Of a DNA stretch of 64,000 bases, positions 30,418 to 41,570 are shown piece by piece. Source of the stretch: Candidatus Bathyarchaeota archaeon (lineage in GTDB: Archaea > Thermoproteota > Bathyarchaeia > Bathyarchaeales > DTEX01); the NCBI GenBank assembly GCA_963714275.1, contig CAVQNT010000002.1:160001-224000 (forward strand), read 5' to 3'. The notes beneath the pieces were generated by a model. That model did no database searches. It had not been told where the DNA came from and saw only the letters and a list, made by a program, of their open reading frames with translations. Position 1 is the stretch's first letter; each line of letters starts with the position of its first letter. A program made the translations under genes and the position numbers.

Positions 30418-30456
30418 CCAAAAAGGGCTTTTTGTCAGTGACAATTAGATTGACTG

Positions 30457-31218
30457 TTATGTTTTAACGGAATCTCGGAACGTTCTCGCAGACTTTTTTG
30501 GACTGTAAGCGAGCGTTATTGCTCTACCAACAATCAGGTATTGTGAGCCAGCTTCAGCAGCTGCTTTAATGTCTCCGCCTTGGGCACCAACGCCGGGCGA
30601 ATAGATAGGCACCTTTCCTCCAAGTACAGCGTGGACTTCCCTTATTTTTTCGGGGAATGTTGCACCCACAATTACGCCATCCGCTTTCCACGATAAAGCC
30701 TTTTGAGCGAAAACCGTGTACTGCAACTTAGGTTCGCCGGTATTTGGGTCGTGGATTTTTTGTCCGTAGCCTTCCCACGCGGCTTTGTGGCTCATATAGA
30801 CGAGTAGAATTACGCCTCGATTCATGGTTTCCGCAACCTCGAAGACGGATCGAAGCCCATCTTCCCATCCCACGAACGGGTTCGCAATCACTGCGTCGAA
30901 GCCTGCGCGAAAATAGTTTTCGGCTATGACGCGGTTCGTGTATCCTACGTCGTTGATTTTGCAATCCATTATGACGGGCAGTCCGAGGCTGTGCGCTTTG
31001 TCAACGATTTTTTTCACTCCGTCAAACAGTCCAAGAGGCAAGATTAGATGATAGTTCAACTTCAGCCCGCATAGGTACTGATGCGTCTCCTCAAGAATCT
31101 TGATGCCTTTTTTGGTGAGGTCTCCAGCGTCTTCTGGGATTTGATCCAAAGCCAACACAATGTTGGAATCCTTCTTTTCCGCTGACTCTTCCATCTTCAA
31201 CCTGAACGACAACCACAT
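30457..31218 (-). CDS. pyrF: Orotidine-5'-phosphate decarboxylase
   Basis: IVLALD, DCKINDVGYTN (DxKxxD), VGAT, SPGVGAQGG, IVGRAI. Confidence 0.95.
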   Translation of the reverse strand: MWLSFRLKMEESAEKKDSNIVLALDQIPEDAGDLTKKGIKILEETHQYLCGLKLNYHLILPLGLFDGVKKIVDKAHSLGLPVIMDCKINDVGYTNRVIAENYFRAGFDAVIANPFVGWEDGLRSVFEVAETMNRGVILLVYMSHKAAWEGYGQKIHDPNTGEPKLQYTVFAQKALSWKADGVIVGATFPEKIREVHAVLGGKVPIYSPGVGAQGGDIKAAAEAGSQYLIVGRAITLAYSPKKSARTFRDSVKT

Positions 31219-31299
31219 TCCCCTTTCCTTCACAATCCTTTTCCGCATTCTTAAGCCTTTACGGTTGATAAATAAAACAGACAAGATAAAACCCGCACA

Positions 31300-31400
31300 C
31301 TTTTACGCCCAAAAAATGCAGAACAGGTGTGCTGCAAAAAAGAACAGGTCTTCACGGATAATGGCTATTGTCACACAAACAGACCAGTCTGATACACAAT
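31300..31400 (-). repeat. Phased intergenic repeat, copy B (reverse orientation)
   Basis: Reverse complement GTTTGTGTGACAATAGCCATTATCCGTGAAGACCTGTTCTTTTTTGCAGCACACCTGTTCTGCATTTTTTGGG aligns with 5109-5180. Confidence 0.75.
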
Positions 31401-31519
31401 GAATCAAGAATTGTTGAAGGACATTAAAAAACTATAAGAATTTTGCACATTCGTTGTCGTTTTAGAATTTTGGTGTTAAGCGCCACACTTATAAGATATT
31501 GCAGTATTTAGGATGAACC

Positions 31520-31868
31520 ATGTCTACCACTTTGACCATCGCAATACTGCGGAAAGAACAAAAAAAGATCGAAGATCTGCTTGTTGAGCTAGAAGCCAAA
31601 AAGAAGACTGTTGACGCGAAATACGCTTCGGTGATGGAGGAGGAAAACAAGGTCTACGATGAGCTCAGGAAATGCCGCGATGTGCAACTGTATAATAAGC
31701 TCCAAATTCAGCTAAACGCAGTCTTCAAGACGCAGGAAAGAAGTGGAAGCCAAGAAACAGGAGACGGACAGAAAAATACGTGGATATCAGGACGAACTGG
31801 AAAAAGTTAAAGCTAAAATTGAATACATGAAGCCCAAAAGCGAACTAGTGGAACACAAAGAAGAGTAA
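31520..31868 (+). CDS. Small coiled-coil protein (frameshift near 31725)
   Basis: Continuous E/K-rich heptads; the second frame continues RRRKEVEAKKQETDRKIRGYQDELEKVKAKIEYM to TAA at 31868. Confidence 0.65.
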
Positions 31869-32033
31869 TTAATGTAAAATGCTCACTTCAAATTTGAATT
31901 ATAAACAGCCATTATCACACAAATTCAGTCTTTTTCCTCAAAAAAGGCAATAGTTGACAGCACAACTTGTCTTACGTCAGCTTAGCTTGTGTTTATATGT
32001 GACGGTTCAAGTAAAAATCACGGTACTACTACT

Positions 32034-32981
32034 ATGGAGCGCGCTGAGGCACTGGATTTCGCTAAGGCGGCGCTTCATAACGCTGGCTTTGACGTTTCCC
32101 GAATGTGCACTTCCAGAACAAGCTGTTTCGATTTTGCCGCCCGAAAAGAAGAGACACTCGTCTTCATCAAGGTCATTCATAACATACGGGACGTTTCCCG
32201 AAGCGACGCCGTTGAACTCAAAATCGTTGCGAAATGCCTCAACTGTTCTTCGCTGATAATTTCGGACGTGAACGGCGAAGAAACGCTTAGCAACGACACC
32301 ATCTACTCACGTTACGGTGCCCAAGTTGTAACCTCAAAGACGCTTGAGGACATAGCTCAAGGCACCTACCCACTGATCGAAGCGACTCCAGGCGGCTACT
32401 ACGTGAGAACCGACGGAAACAAGATCAGGGAACGCAGGCACGAGCTCGGATTGTCAATCGGCAAACTTGCCACAATGGTCGGCATCTCAAGAAGAGCCTT
32501 ATATGGCTACGAAAGAGAAATGACTCGGGCTTCCGTCTCAGCCACGTATCAGCTGGCAGAGATTCTTGGAGTGCCGCTTGTTAAGTCAATAAACATACTT
32601 GAAGTCAACCTAGACAGCCCAAAAAAGGATAATCTCCCAAATAATCCAGACAGTAACGTAAGAAACCGTTTCCTCCGTTTCGTTTTGAACAAGTTTTCAA
32701 AATTTGGTTTGAACGTTTTCGTCACGAACCGATCTCCCTTCGATTTCGCCGCTTTCTGCCCCCACACGGAACTCAAGTTAATCGTAGGTATCCTCAAAGA
32801 AGACGAAGAAGGTACAGATGACCGCATGGAAGAGATCGCGAGCCTAAGCAAAGTGATAGAAATAAGGCCCATTTTATTTGGCAACGAAAATGTATCAAAT
32901 CCTCTGGGCATCGCTTTCTTTAGCTTCGACGAACTTGAAAAAATACCAGATAGACAAAAGCTCGAAATCCTGCTCAAGTAA
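32034..32981 (+). CDS. Archaeal HTH transcriptional regulator (COG1395-like)
   Basis: SCFDFAAR, YSRYG, GGYYV..DG.KIRERR, HTH LSIGKLA..VGISRRALYGYE, RSPFD. Confidence 0.88.
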   Translation: MERAEALDFAKAALHNAGFDVSRMCTSRTSCFDFAARKEETLVFIKVIHNIRDVSRSDAVELKIVAKCLNCSSLIISDVNGEETLSNDTIYSRYGAQVVTSKTLEDIAQGTYPLIEATPGGYYVRTDGNKIRERRHELGLSIGKLATMVGISRRALYGYEREMTRASVSATYQLAEILGVPLVKSINILEVNLDSPKKDNLPNNPDSNVRNRFLRFVLNKFSKFGLNVFVTNRSPFDFAAFCPHTELKLIVGILKEDEEGTDDRMEEIASLSKVIEIRPILFGNENVSNPLGIAFFSFDELEKIPDRQKLEILLK

Positions 32982-33650
32982 GCCTCTTCTGGAAAACGCT
33001 ATAGTTTGCCTCCACCTTTTTCGCTGGCTCCCAAGACCTTCGAACGAACTCCGGAAAAGACCCATGCTTCCTCATCCACTTTTCGAGAAAAATTTTTGTT
33101 TCAGGATCGGAAGGATAACCTGACCCTAGGTTTCCATGAATTTTCGTGATCTCAGCAACTGCTTTGTCGCGTTCAACCTTAGCAATTATCGACGCAGCGG
33201 AAACCACAGGATAAGTACTATCTGCCTTATGTTCCGAAATCAATTTGACGTCGAACGGAACCTTCTCTGCGACGTGCTCAGCATACCTTCCAGGCAGAAC
33301 GTCCGAAGCGTCAATGTAGGCTATGTCGGGTTTGAGGAAGGTTATCACTTCAGCCATGGCGTGGGCTTCAAGCCTATTCAGACGGTGAAGCTTGCCACCA
33401 GTTTCGACAACTACGTCGATTTCGGCAGGCGTCAACCTCACAACATGATGGTTCAGGGCGATCTTGACGATTTGGGGCGCCAGCTGGCTTCTTCGGGCTG
33501 GTGAAAGGAGCTTGGAATCCTTGACGCCGAGAGCTTGAGCTTGTCTATTTCCTTGTCGTTGACCAATACTCCAGCTATGACTAAGGGTCCAATGACTGAC
33601 CCTCGCCCCGCGTCGTCGACACCGCACACAAGCATGTTTTTAACCAACAA
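32974..33650 (-). CDS. rnhB: Ribonuclease HII (frameshift near 33535)
   Basis: GVDDAGRGSVIGPLV, GVKDSK, EHKAD, VSAASIIAKVERD, GSGYPSDP. Confidence 0.95.
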
Positions 33651-33669
33651 CAGCGCCTTAGTTTTTCAA

Positions 33670-34146
33670 TTAGAATTGTTGGAAGATGTCTTTTTCTTCC
33701 ATAATGTTGTTGCAGTAGTGGCACCTCAACCTCAGGGGATCAGCCTCTTCCATGTAAAAGATGGACTTAACGGGTTCGTTTCCGCTGTTTGAGATGCACG
33801 AAGGCTTGATGCACTTCACGATTCCCTGAACGATCGACGGCAACTTTACCGTCTGTTTCTCCGCGACCTTAAAATTCCGTATAATGTTGATTGTGGCGTG
33901 GGGGGCGATGAGGGCGATCTTGTCAACCTCTTCCGAGCTGAGTTCACGTCCCTCGATTTTTACGATGTCTTTAACACCGAGTCTTCCGCTCTGAACATTC
34001 ATTGCGATCGTCACGATCCCTCCGGAGCGTCCGTTTATACCTAGAATCTTTACAACGTCCAACGCGCGTCCCTTCGTAATGTGATCAATGACTGTACCGT
34101 TCTTGATTTTTGACACCCTTAAAGTTCCATGAGACATATCAACCAA
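33670..34146 (-). CDS. pyrI: Aspartate carbamoyltransferase regulatory chain
   Basis: IKNGTVIDHI, KDIVKIE, ATINII, C..P.CISN, RCHYC. Confidence 0.96.
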   Translation of the reverse strand: MVDMSHGTLRVSKIKNGTVIDHITKGRALDVVKILGINGRSGGIVTIAMNVQSGRLGVKDIVKIEGRELSSEEVDKIALIAPHATINIIRNFKVAEKQTVKLPSIVQGIVKCIKPSCISNSGNEPVKSIFYMEEADPLRLRCHYCNNIMEEKDIFQQF

Positions 34147-34307
34147 ACCGCCTAAAGCTATCTATTAAGTTAACTGCATAAAAAATTAACCTTAACTAAA
34201 ATCACACAAACGCATTCAACATGATTCATTTGTGTCCTCGTCTTCATAAGAATGAACAAAGGTTAAAAGACTTAAATTCCTTTACCCAGTATTTGCTGTT
34301 TAGGTGC

Positions 34308-35252
34308 ATGGTCGCCATGAAAAGCGGGTTTAACTTCACAAACAGGGACATAGTCTCGATTAAGGGCTTCACACGCGATGAAATCGACTACATTCTGGAA
34401 GTCGCGAAATCCATTGAACCCATGGCAGAAAAAGGGTCAGACATGCTCCGCAGCAAGGTTTTGGCTGAACTCTTCTTTGAACCAAGCACAAGAACCATGC
34501 TCAGCTTCCAAACAGCCATGTATAAGCTCGGCGGAAACGTCATAGGCTTCGCTGAGCCTGGAGTTTCGTCTATCTGGAAAGGCGAAACCTTGGCTGACAC
34601 AGTTCGAGTCGTCGAAAAATACTCGGATATCATCGTGCTTCGCCACCCCCTTGAAGGATCAGCGAGGTTTGCCGCCGAATACGCTCAGGTTCCAGTCATC
34701 AACGCTGGCTCCGGAGCTGAGGAACATCCCACTCAGGCGTTGCTTGATCTTTACACGATTTTGAGGGCTAAAGGCAAGATTGATGGTTTGAACATTGCCT
34801 TGATGGGCGACTTAAGGTACGGAAGAACAGTTCATTCGCTGGCTTACGCTCTGTCGCTTTACAACGTTAAGCTCAACATGGTTTCGCCTGACCTTCTGAA
34901 AATGCGTAGCGAAGTCCTGCAGGACATCAGAAGCCGAATAGAGGTGACCGAGTACCGGGACATCGACGAGATCCTTCCAGAACTCGACGTGCTCTACGTG
35001 ACGCGCATCCAGAAAGAAAGGTTCCCCGACCTCGGCGAATACGAGAAGGTTCGAGGCACTTTTGTGGTAAATTTGAAGCTGCTGAAAAGCGCAAAGAACG
35101 ACCTTATTGTTCTGCATCCGCTTCCACGCGTCGAGGAGATAGCGGTCGAGGTTGATGCAACCCCGTTCGCAAAATATTTTGAGCAAGCCCGAAACGGCGT
35201 CGTGGTCCGAATGGCTCTTCTCGCGTTGGTGTTGGGCGCAATCAAAAACTAG
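34308..35252 (+). CDS. pyrB: Aspartate carbamoyltransferase catalytic chain
   Basis: FFEPSTRT, HPTQALLD, GDLRYGRTVHSL, RIQKER, HPLPR. Confidence 0.97.
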   Translation: MVAMKSGFNFTNRDIVSIKGFTRDEIDYILEVAKSIEPMAEKGSDMLRSKVLAELFFEPSTRTMLSFQTAMYKLGGNVIGFAEPGVSSIWKGETLADTVRVVEKYSDIIVLRHPLEGSARFAAEYAQVPVINAGSGAEEHPTQALLDLYTILRAKGKIDGLNIALMGDLRYGRTVHSLAYALSLYNVKLNMVSPDLLKMRSEVLQDIRSRIEVTEYRDIDEILPELDVLYVTRIQKERFPDLGEYEKVRGTFVVNLKLLKSAKNDLIVLHPLPRVEEIAVEVDATPFAKYFEQARNGVVVRMALLALVLGAIKN

Positions 35253-35260
35253 ATTTTCCT

Positions 35261-38149
35261 TTATTGTTTGGCTTTTCTTGAATTTTTGTCGTCCCAGAAT
35301 TGTCGGGTCTTCAGGAACTGGATTTTGGCTTTTAGAAGGTCCATGTAAAAGTCGTCTTCGTTCACGTGCATCTTGCCAAGGATTCTGGATCCAGTTTCGG
35401 GTCCTACCCCTTTGACTTGTAGAGCTATTATTGCCTGTTTTCCGTAACTCAACGCCAAATCGGCTGCTCGACGGGCGGTGCTTAGCTCCTTCACTCCTCG
35501 TCAGCGAGCTGCTCTCCCTTAACCCGCCTATCAAAGAACCCTTTTAATTTTTCAGCCTCTTCCATTCGCCTAAGGCTTGCCAGAAGCCCAGCGCCACATT
35601 TTCCGCAGACTGGTTTTTCCTGAAGATCGCGGACTCTCGTTTCCGTGATCCAGTTTCTGCATGAAAGGCACAAAAGCACGATCTTGCGTGATTCTACAGA
35701 TTTTTTCATCCGTTCTATGTTGCTGACTAAAACCTGTCTGGGAGCCATCAGTTCAGGGACATCCGCGTACTTAGCCAGCATGTGGTAGGCGATTGGCGAC
35801 GGAGACTCGTGAGATAAGAGGGTTCGAATGTGGATGGCGCCAGACTTGATGGAAGCCATTATCCTTTTTACAGAGGGCAGGTCAACCTTTTCAGCCATGA
35901 CCTCTCTTATGGTTTCCTCGTAAACAGGCGTGTCCTTGAACCTTTCAGGCAACTGGGAAAGTAGTTCAGGTCCCGCCAGCCTTCCTCTTGGGAGGGCGCC
36001 GAACCTTTCGGCAATATGCTTCATCCTTTCAGGGAACGGGAAACGGGCTTTAAGGTATTCGCTGAACGCCTTTTCCACCGCGTCGTCGTCTAGGCTGAAA
36101 AGCATGGCTGGAAGTTTTTCGAGGTCTCGGGATTCAACTTTCCGAGGTGCCTCAATCAGAATGCGGAATGCGTCGTGCCACCAGCCCGTTATTAGGTCGC
36201 GGTCGGAGAGGACAGCGTCAAAGATGCATCCCAATGTGACATTAACGGTTTCGCCAAAGCAAGAGTGTATGATGAAGTAGTTGCCGAAGCCCTCAACAAG
36301 AATAAGATTGTTTGTTGGAATGGGTAAGCCTCGTTTAATGTGCTCGTTTAACTCGTCAGCAATTTCCCGTAAAACTTCGGGCTTAACAGAAAGTTTTCCT
36401 GCAACATTTTCCAATGCCTTCTCAAGGTCTCCCAGCCTTTTGAGTTCGTCCGAAATTTCCTGCCTTAGCCTTCCAGATTCTTCAGCAATCTCGATGGGCA
36501 ACGCCAGCAGCTCGCCGTCCCAGCCGGGTCAGCTGCAAACGGGTTCTCGGCGGGAATCACGTAAACTCTTCCTGTTTCGTCTTCGATCTGGACGATGCGC
36601 CAAACCTTTCCTGCGCAGAGGAAGTTAAGCCCGATTCGGGCTCTGAGAGCCATGAATTCTTCGCCTACGATGCCTATTTTGCTGTCTGAAACTACGTCGA
36701 TCACTGGGTAGCGTCTCTCATCAGGAATCATGGAAAGGTTGTTGTAGTAATAGCGTCTCGTCCTCTCCGTTTTGCCCAAAACGTCTCCTTCCATCCACAG
36801 ACTCCCTAAGCGAGCTGAGATACTTAACTACTTCGAGAAATTTCGCCTTAGATAAGTTTCGGTACGCGTATGCTCTGTGAATGATGCTGTAAGCTTCGTC
36901 GATTGTGACTTTACCCTTGTCCATCAGAATCCCTGCAACCTGATGGGCTAAAACGTCCAAAGAGTTTTCGTAGAAACGAATCGGCTCTGAAAGGTTCAAG
37001 TATGCCCGTCTGACTGAAGCTATGGCTTCCAGCGTGTCGTCAGGAAAAGCCGTTACTACGACGCCTTGAGAGACTTTGTCCAGTCTGTGCCCGCTTCTTC
37101 CTACCCGCTGGATAAGGCTAGAAACATGCCGGGGTGAAAGGTACTGGACTGCGAAGTCGACGTTGCCTATGTCGATGCCTAGACTCCAAAGTGCTTGTGC
37201 AGATGAGGGCTTTCAAGGCTCCGTCCTTGAACTTGTCTTCCATGGCGATCCTTTCCTCTCTTGACAGAGACCCATGATGAACCGCTATGTCCTTGGATAA
37301 TTCCCTAAGCTTGTGCCCAAGCATCTCAGCGTTGGTTCTGCTGTTGACGAAAACCAATGTCGAAATATGACTGTTAACAAGGTCAAGAATCCGCCTTATC
37401 CTCGCAGCAGCCTCAGGAGCAATGTTAAGGTCTCCAGCCAAATCGTAATCATGCTGGTCAGGCACGGGGCATTCGATTGTGTACCTGTAGCTTTTCGGAG
37501 GAAAAACCTCAACAACCCTTACTGGGCGGTCAGTTCCAGCGATGAATGAAGCCATTTCCTTCGGGTTACCGACTGTTGCGGACAACCCTATCCTCTGAAA
37601 CTCGTGACCTGTTACTTCACTTAGTCTCTCAAGCGCAAGGGTAAGCTGGACTCCACGCCTGTCTTCAGCGAGCTTATGGACCTCATCAATAATGACGAAG
37701 CGTACATCGCTGAGATTTTTTTTCATAAGCCCGCCTGGAAGGATGGCTTGAAGGGTTTCGGGAGTCGTCAAAAGCATGTTCGGAGGCGACAAAGCCTGTT
37801 TTCGGCGAACCTTAGCTGCAGTGTCTCCGTGTCGCACCTCAACCGTCAAGCCTAGAATTTGCGCCCATCCTGAAATCCTCTTAAGCATGTCCCTGTTCAA
37901 GGCACGAAGCGGAGTAATGTAGATGATTGAAATTCCTTCTTTACTAGGAGTCTCAAAAAATCTAGAAAAAACTGGAAGTAACGCAGCTTCTGTCTTTCCG
38001 CTTCCAGTGGGCGCCACCAACAGAACGTTCTCGCCATCCATGATAGGCGGAATAGCCTTCACTTGCGGCTCAGTTGGCGCGGATAATCCCATCTCAGATA
38101 ATGCCATGCGTACTTTTTCAGTTAGAAGAGAGAATACGCTAGTTCCCAA
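35261..38149 (-). CDS. lhr: Lhr-family SF2 helicase with C-terminal Cys-rich region (about four frameshifts)
   Basis: APTGSGKT, PLRALNRD, TTPET, DEVH, GLSATV, HHGSLS, LDVLAHQ, SMIPDE, CLSC..CGKC, GVGPET. Confidence 0.92.
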
Positions 38150-38203
38150 AAAACTCTACCTGCAAATACCTCAGCTGCACTCAAATGAGTATGTTTTTTC
38201 TTT

Positions 38204-38722
38204 TTAGTCTTTACGGTCCGCGTTCTCGATATGTTTTAAAAGTTCCCTGAAAGCCACTTTGAATCCGTCTGCGAACTTTTTTTCTCCCGTCTTGATGCTG
38301 CGTTTGATGTCTTCTATGCTGAAAAAGCCTCCCTCAGTAATTTCGTTAGTATTAAAATTAACTCGCCCATTGTAACGGCAGATGTAAAGCATTGAGATTT
38401 CCTGTTCATTTTTTGTGAAGCTTTTGACTTTACCTAGCTGCAACAACTGTGCGTCGATGTCGAGTTCCTCCTTGAGTTCTCTTTCAGCTGCGTCATCATA
38501 GTCTTCACCATAGTCCACATGCCCAGTTGCTGAGCCCGTAAAATAGCCTGGGTAAAGGTCCTTGGACAGTGACCGTTTCTGGAGGAAGACCTCGTTTCTG
38601 TCGTTGACAACAAAAATGTAGACCGACCTGTGAATTAGGCTACGGTTTGAGTGGCATTCTTCCCTTGTCGCTTTTCCTAAGACTTTATCGTCCTCGTCTA
38701 CGACAACGAAATACTCAGTCAC
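38204..38722 (-). CDS. NUDIX hydrolase (IDI-1/YfcD-like)
   Basis: HRSVYIFV, LQKRS..K, GHVDYGEDY..AAERELKEEL Nudix box. Confidence 0.88.
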   Translation of the reverse strand: MTEYFVVVDEDDKVLGKATREECHSNRSLIHRSVYIFVVNDRNEVFLQKRSLSKDLYPGYFTGSATGHVDYGEDYDDAAERELKEELDIDAQLLQLGKVKSFTKNEQEISMLYICRYNGRVNFNTNEITEGGFFSIEDIKRSIKTGEKKFADGFKVAFRELLKHIENADRKD

Positions 38723-38774
38723 TCCTTCTTTTCTCCAGAAAATATTGTTGTAGGTTTCCCTTATATAACGTGAA

Positions 38775-39842
38775 TTAAGACCTAGGTCCAGCACCAGCTT
38801 CTTCCAAAGCTTCGCAGAGAGCTTCGATGTTTTCCAAAGGAGTAGGCGGATAGATGCCCGCGGTGACCATGAGTCCTCCTTCAGGCGAATTAAGTGCTGA
38901 AACAACGTTATGTACGTGTTTTTTGATTGCAGTTGCGTTTTCCGAAGGGAACAACTTTTTGCCTGTCTATGTCGATGTCAATGCACACGCGGCCTTTCAG
39001 TTTGTTTTTTATGTTTTCGACGCCGTTTACGAGGTCCTGAGGATTCAATATTGACACTCCAGCCTTAACTAGGTCTTCGGCTATCTCGAGTATATGACCG
39101 TCACTGTGAAGGAAAACGTGGACTCCGTGTTCCCGCGCAGCCCCAAACATTATTGAATAGGCGGGAACCAGGAATTTTCGGAACGTCCGCGGATTAATGA
39201 CCAGCCTGTCCTGCATCCCAAGGTCGTCGCCGCAGTGAGAAGATCTACGCCAACCTCGAGCCATCTGCGAATAAGTTTCATGTTGTAGTCGAGAACAATG
39301 CCAATCAGCTTGTTAAGCTCAAGAGGTTGCAAAACAAAATCCTTCATAAGGTTAGTGAATCCCCGCAAATAGTAAAGCCGCTGAAACATGAAACCGTGAG
39401 GGCAAGACCCAACCGCAAGTTTCCCCTCTTTTTTTGCTTTTTTAAGGTAGTCTGTAGCCATTTCGAAACTGTTCGGATAAGGCGGATACCCCTCTCCAGG
39501 CACATTGTTCAGCTGAATCGGGTCCTGAGGTTTGAATGAAGCTAGAAGTTTCAAGTTTTCCAGAGGATGCTTAATCACCTGACCCTGAAGCCCGTCTGCA
39601 AGAAATGACCACACGCAGCCCCACTCGTCCGTGATGGTGTCTCCCTTGCGGCGGACTCCGAAATCATCGTAATCTCGGTTCCCCTTCTGATACTCATCGA
39701 ACAGCGTTGGGTGTCTCAGAACAAGGTCTCGCAGCTGTTCGCGGTATTTGTGCCAAAGAGGAGGTGAAACCGAGATGCTGCACGGAATCCATTCTGGACC
39801 CGTCATCTCAGCTGACCGTAAATAATTTTCCTTTACATCCAT
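38775..39842 (-). CDS. URO-D/MtaA-like methyltransferase family protein (two frameshifts)
   Basis: DEWGCVW, YLRGFTN, DDLGMQ, HSDG, DIDRQ; the last frame reads GGLMVTAGIYPPTPLENIEA. Confidence 0.85.
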
Positions 39843-39866
39843 TCTGTGTCACTATATAGTTCTCTT

Positions 39867-41266
39867 TCAGATTTGTATCGCCTTATTTGAGACTGCCCTT
39901 GCTGCTTCCATGAGAGCTTCACTTATAGAGGGGTGCGAGTGGACCAGTTCGCCAATCTCTTCGAATGTGCATTCTAATTTTATGGCCAAAGCAGCTTCAC
40001 CTATCAATTCCGTTGCGTGAGGACCAATCAAGTGGACTCCTAAAATCTCGCCTGTTTCTCGGTCGCAGACAACCTTTGCGAACCCGTCTGTTTCACCTAA
40101 GGTTAATGCTCTGCCACTTGCCTGTAATGGGAACTTTCCAGTCGCCACCTCATATCCCTGCTTTTTCGCCTCATCCTCAAATAAGCCTACGCTTGCGATT
40201 TCAGGCTCACAATATACGCAGATTGGAACTGTTTTGTAGTCCATAACTGATCCATGCCCAGCTATATTCTCGGCTGCTACTATGCCTTCTGCAAAAGCAA
40301 CGTGTGCAAGCATTTTGCCACTTGTTACGTCTCCAACTGCGTAGATGTTTGGCACGTTAGTTCTTTGATGATTGTCAACAACAATAAAACCGTCCTTTAA
40401 CACTATACCTATTTCTTCTAAGCCTATACCAGATGATATAGGTCGCCGCGCTTCAGCAATGAGTACTTTCTCGGTTTTAACGTGAATTTCTGATCCTTTC
40501 ATCAAGGCATCTACGCTAACTATCCCATTGGATTCGATTTTTACGGATTTTATAGAGGCGTTTACGTAAATTTCAATCCCTTTTTTCTTAAGAATCCTTT
40601 CGTAATTTCTGCTGATGTCAGCGTCAAACATTGAAAGAAGACTTGGACCAGATTCAAAGATTTTGACAGCTGATCCTAATGCCTTGAAAATTGCAGCGAA
40701 TTCAACTCCGATTAGGTTGCCGTCAATAACAGTGAGCTTTCTGGGCATTTCTTAAGGTTTAAGGCTCCTTTGCTTGTCAGGATTTTGTCTTCATCAACTA
40801 TTGCGTATGAAGGCTTAGGCTCCTCTGATCCCGTTGCTATAATTATGTTTTCAGCTGTAACAGTTTCTGCTTCTCCAGTCGGGTTCTGGATATGAATCTG
40901 GTTCTTAGAAATGAGATGTGCCTTCCCCTTAACAAAAGTAACCTTGTTCTTCTTTATCAGAAATTCCACACCTTGAATTAGGCGTTTGATGACAGCATCT
41001 TTCCTCGCCATGACCCTTTCGAAATTGACCTTTAAACCATCTATATGTACTCCGAGCTCTTCTGCCTTCGCAACTTTGCATAGGAAATCAGTTGTTGCCA
41101 GAAGCGTTTTTGTAGGGATGCAGCCTCGGTTTACGCATGTTCCGCCTATTATGTCTTTTTCGATTAGGACAACCTTCTTTCCAAGCTGGGCTAAACGGAT
41201 CGCTGAGACATAGCCACCTATGCCTGCGCCTATCACGGCAACATTGTATTGCGATGAGTCCGTCAT
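39867..41266 (-). CDS. lpdA: Dihydrolipoyl dehydrogenase E3 (frameshift near 40745)
   Basis: GAGIGG, GGTCVNRGCIP, ATGS, AVGDV, LAHVA, HSHPSISE. Confidence 0.95.
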
Positions 41267-41305
41267 TACGTAACCACCGATAACAAATGAGTACGCGAAC
41301 CTCGT

Positions 41306-41509
41306 TTATTGGGTTTCAGATATTTCCTTTTCCAGCACCTGTTTAAGGCGTTGCACGAACCTTGCTGCCGGAGCATTGAAGGGTCCCAAACTTTCTCTTC
41401 GAACCTCCTTGTTTCCGGTAGTTTCCTGTACATCTTTTTCAAGGTTTCTTTCCCGATGTTTGCTGTTCTGGAAACCTCGGTTGACAACACAGTATCCTCC
41501 AACTGTCAT
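41306..41509 (-). pseudogene. Fused remnant of 2-oxoacid dehydrogenase E1-alpha N-terminus and E2 C-terminus
   Basis: LKKMYRKL.ETRRFEEKVWD (E1-alpha) joined near 41380 to APAARFVQRLKQVLE (E2 terminal helix). Confidence 0.75.
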
Positions 41510-41570
41510 TTTCTATTAGTGTTTCTTAGGTTAAGACAAAGCATTGACGGTTTAAAGATTTACCCCAGAA

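Noticed and set aside
35491-35494. TGA in lhr as a selenocysteine codon
   Set aside because: The protein continues in a different frame, so this is an indel and not read-through.
38204-38722. Type 1 isopentenyl-diphosphate isomerase
   Set aside because: The catalytic Cys motif (CCGH/CSH) reads SATGH, so it is kept as a generic NUDIX hydrolase.
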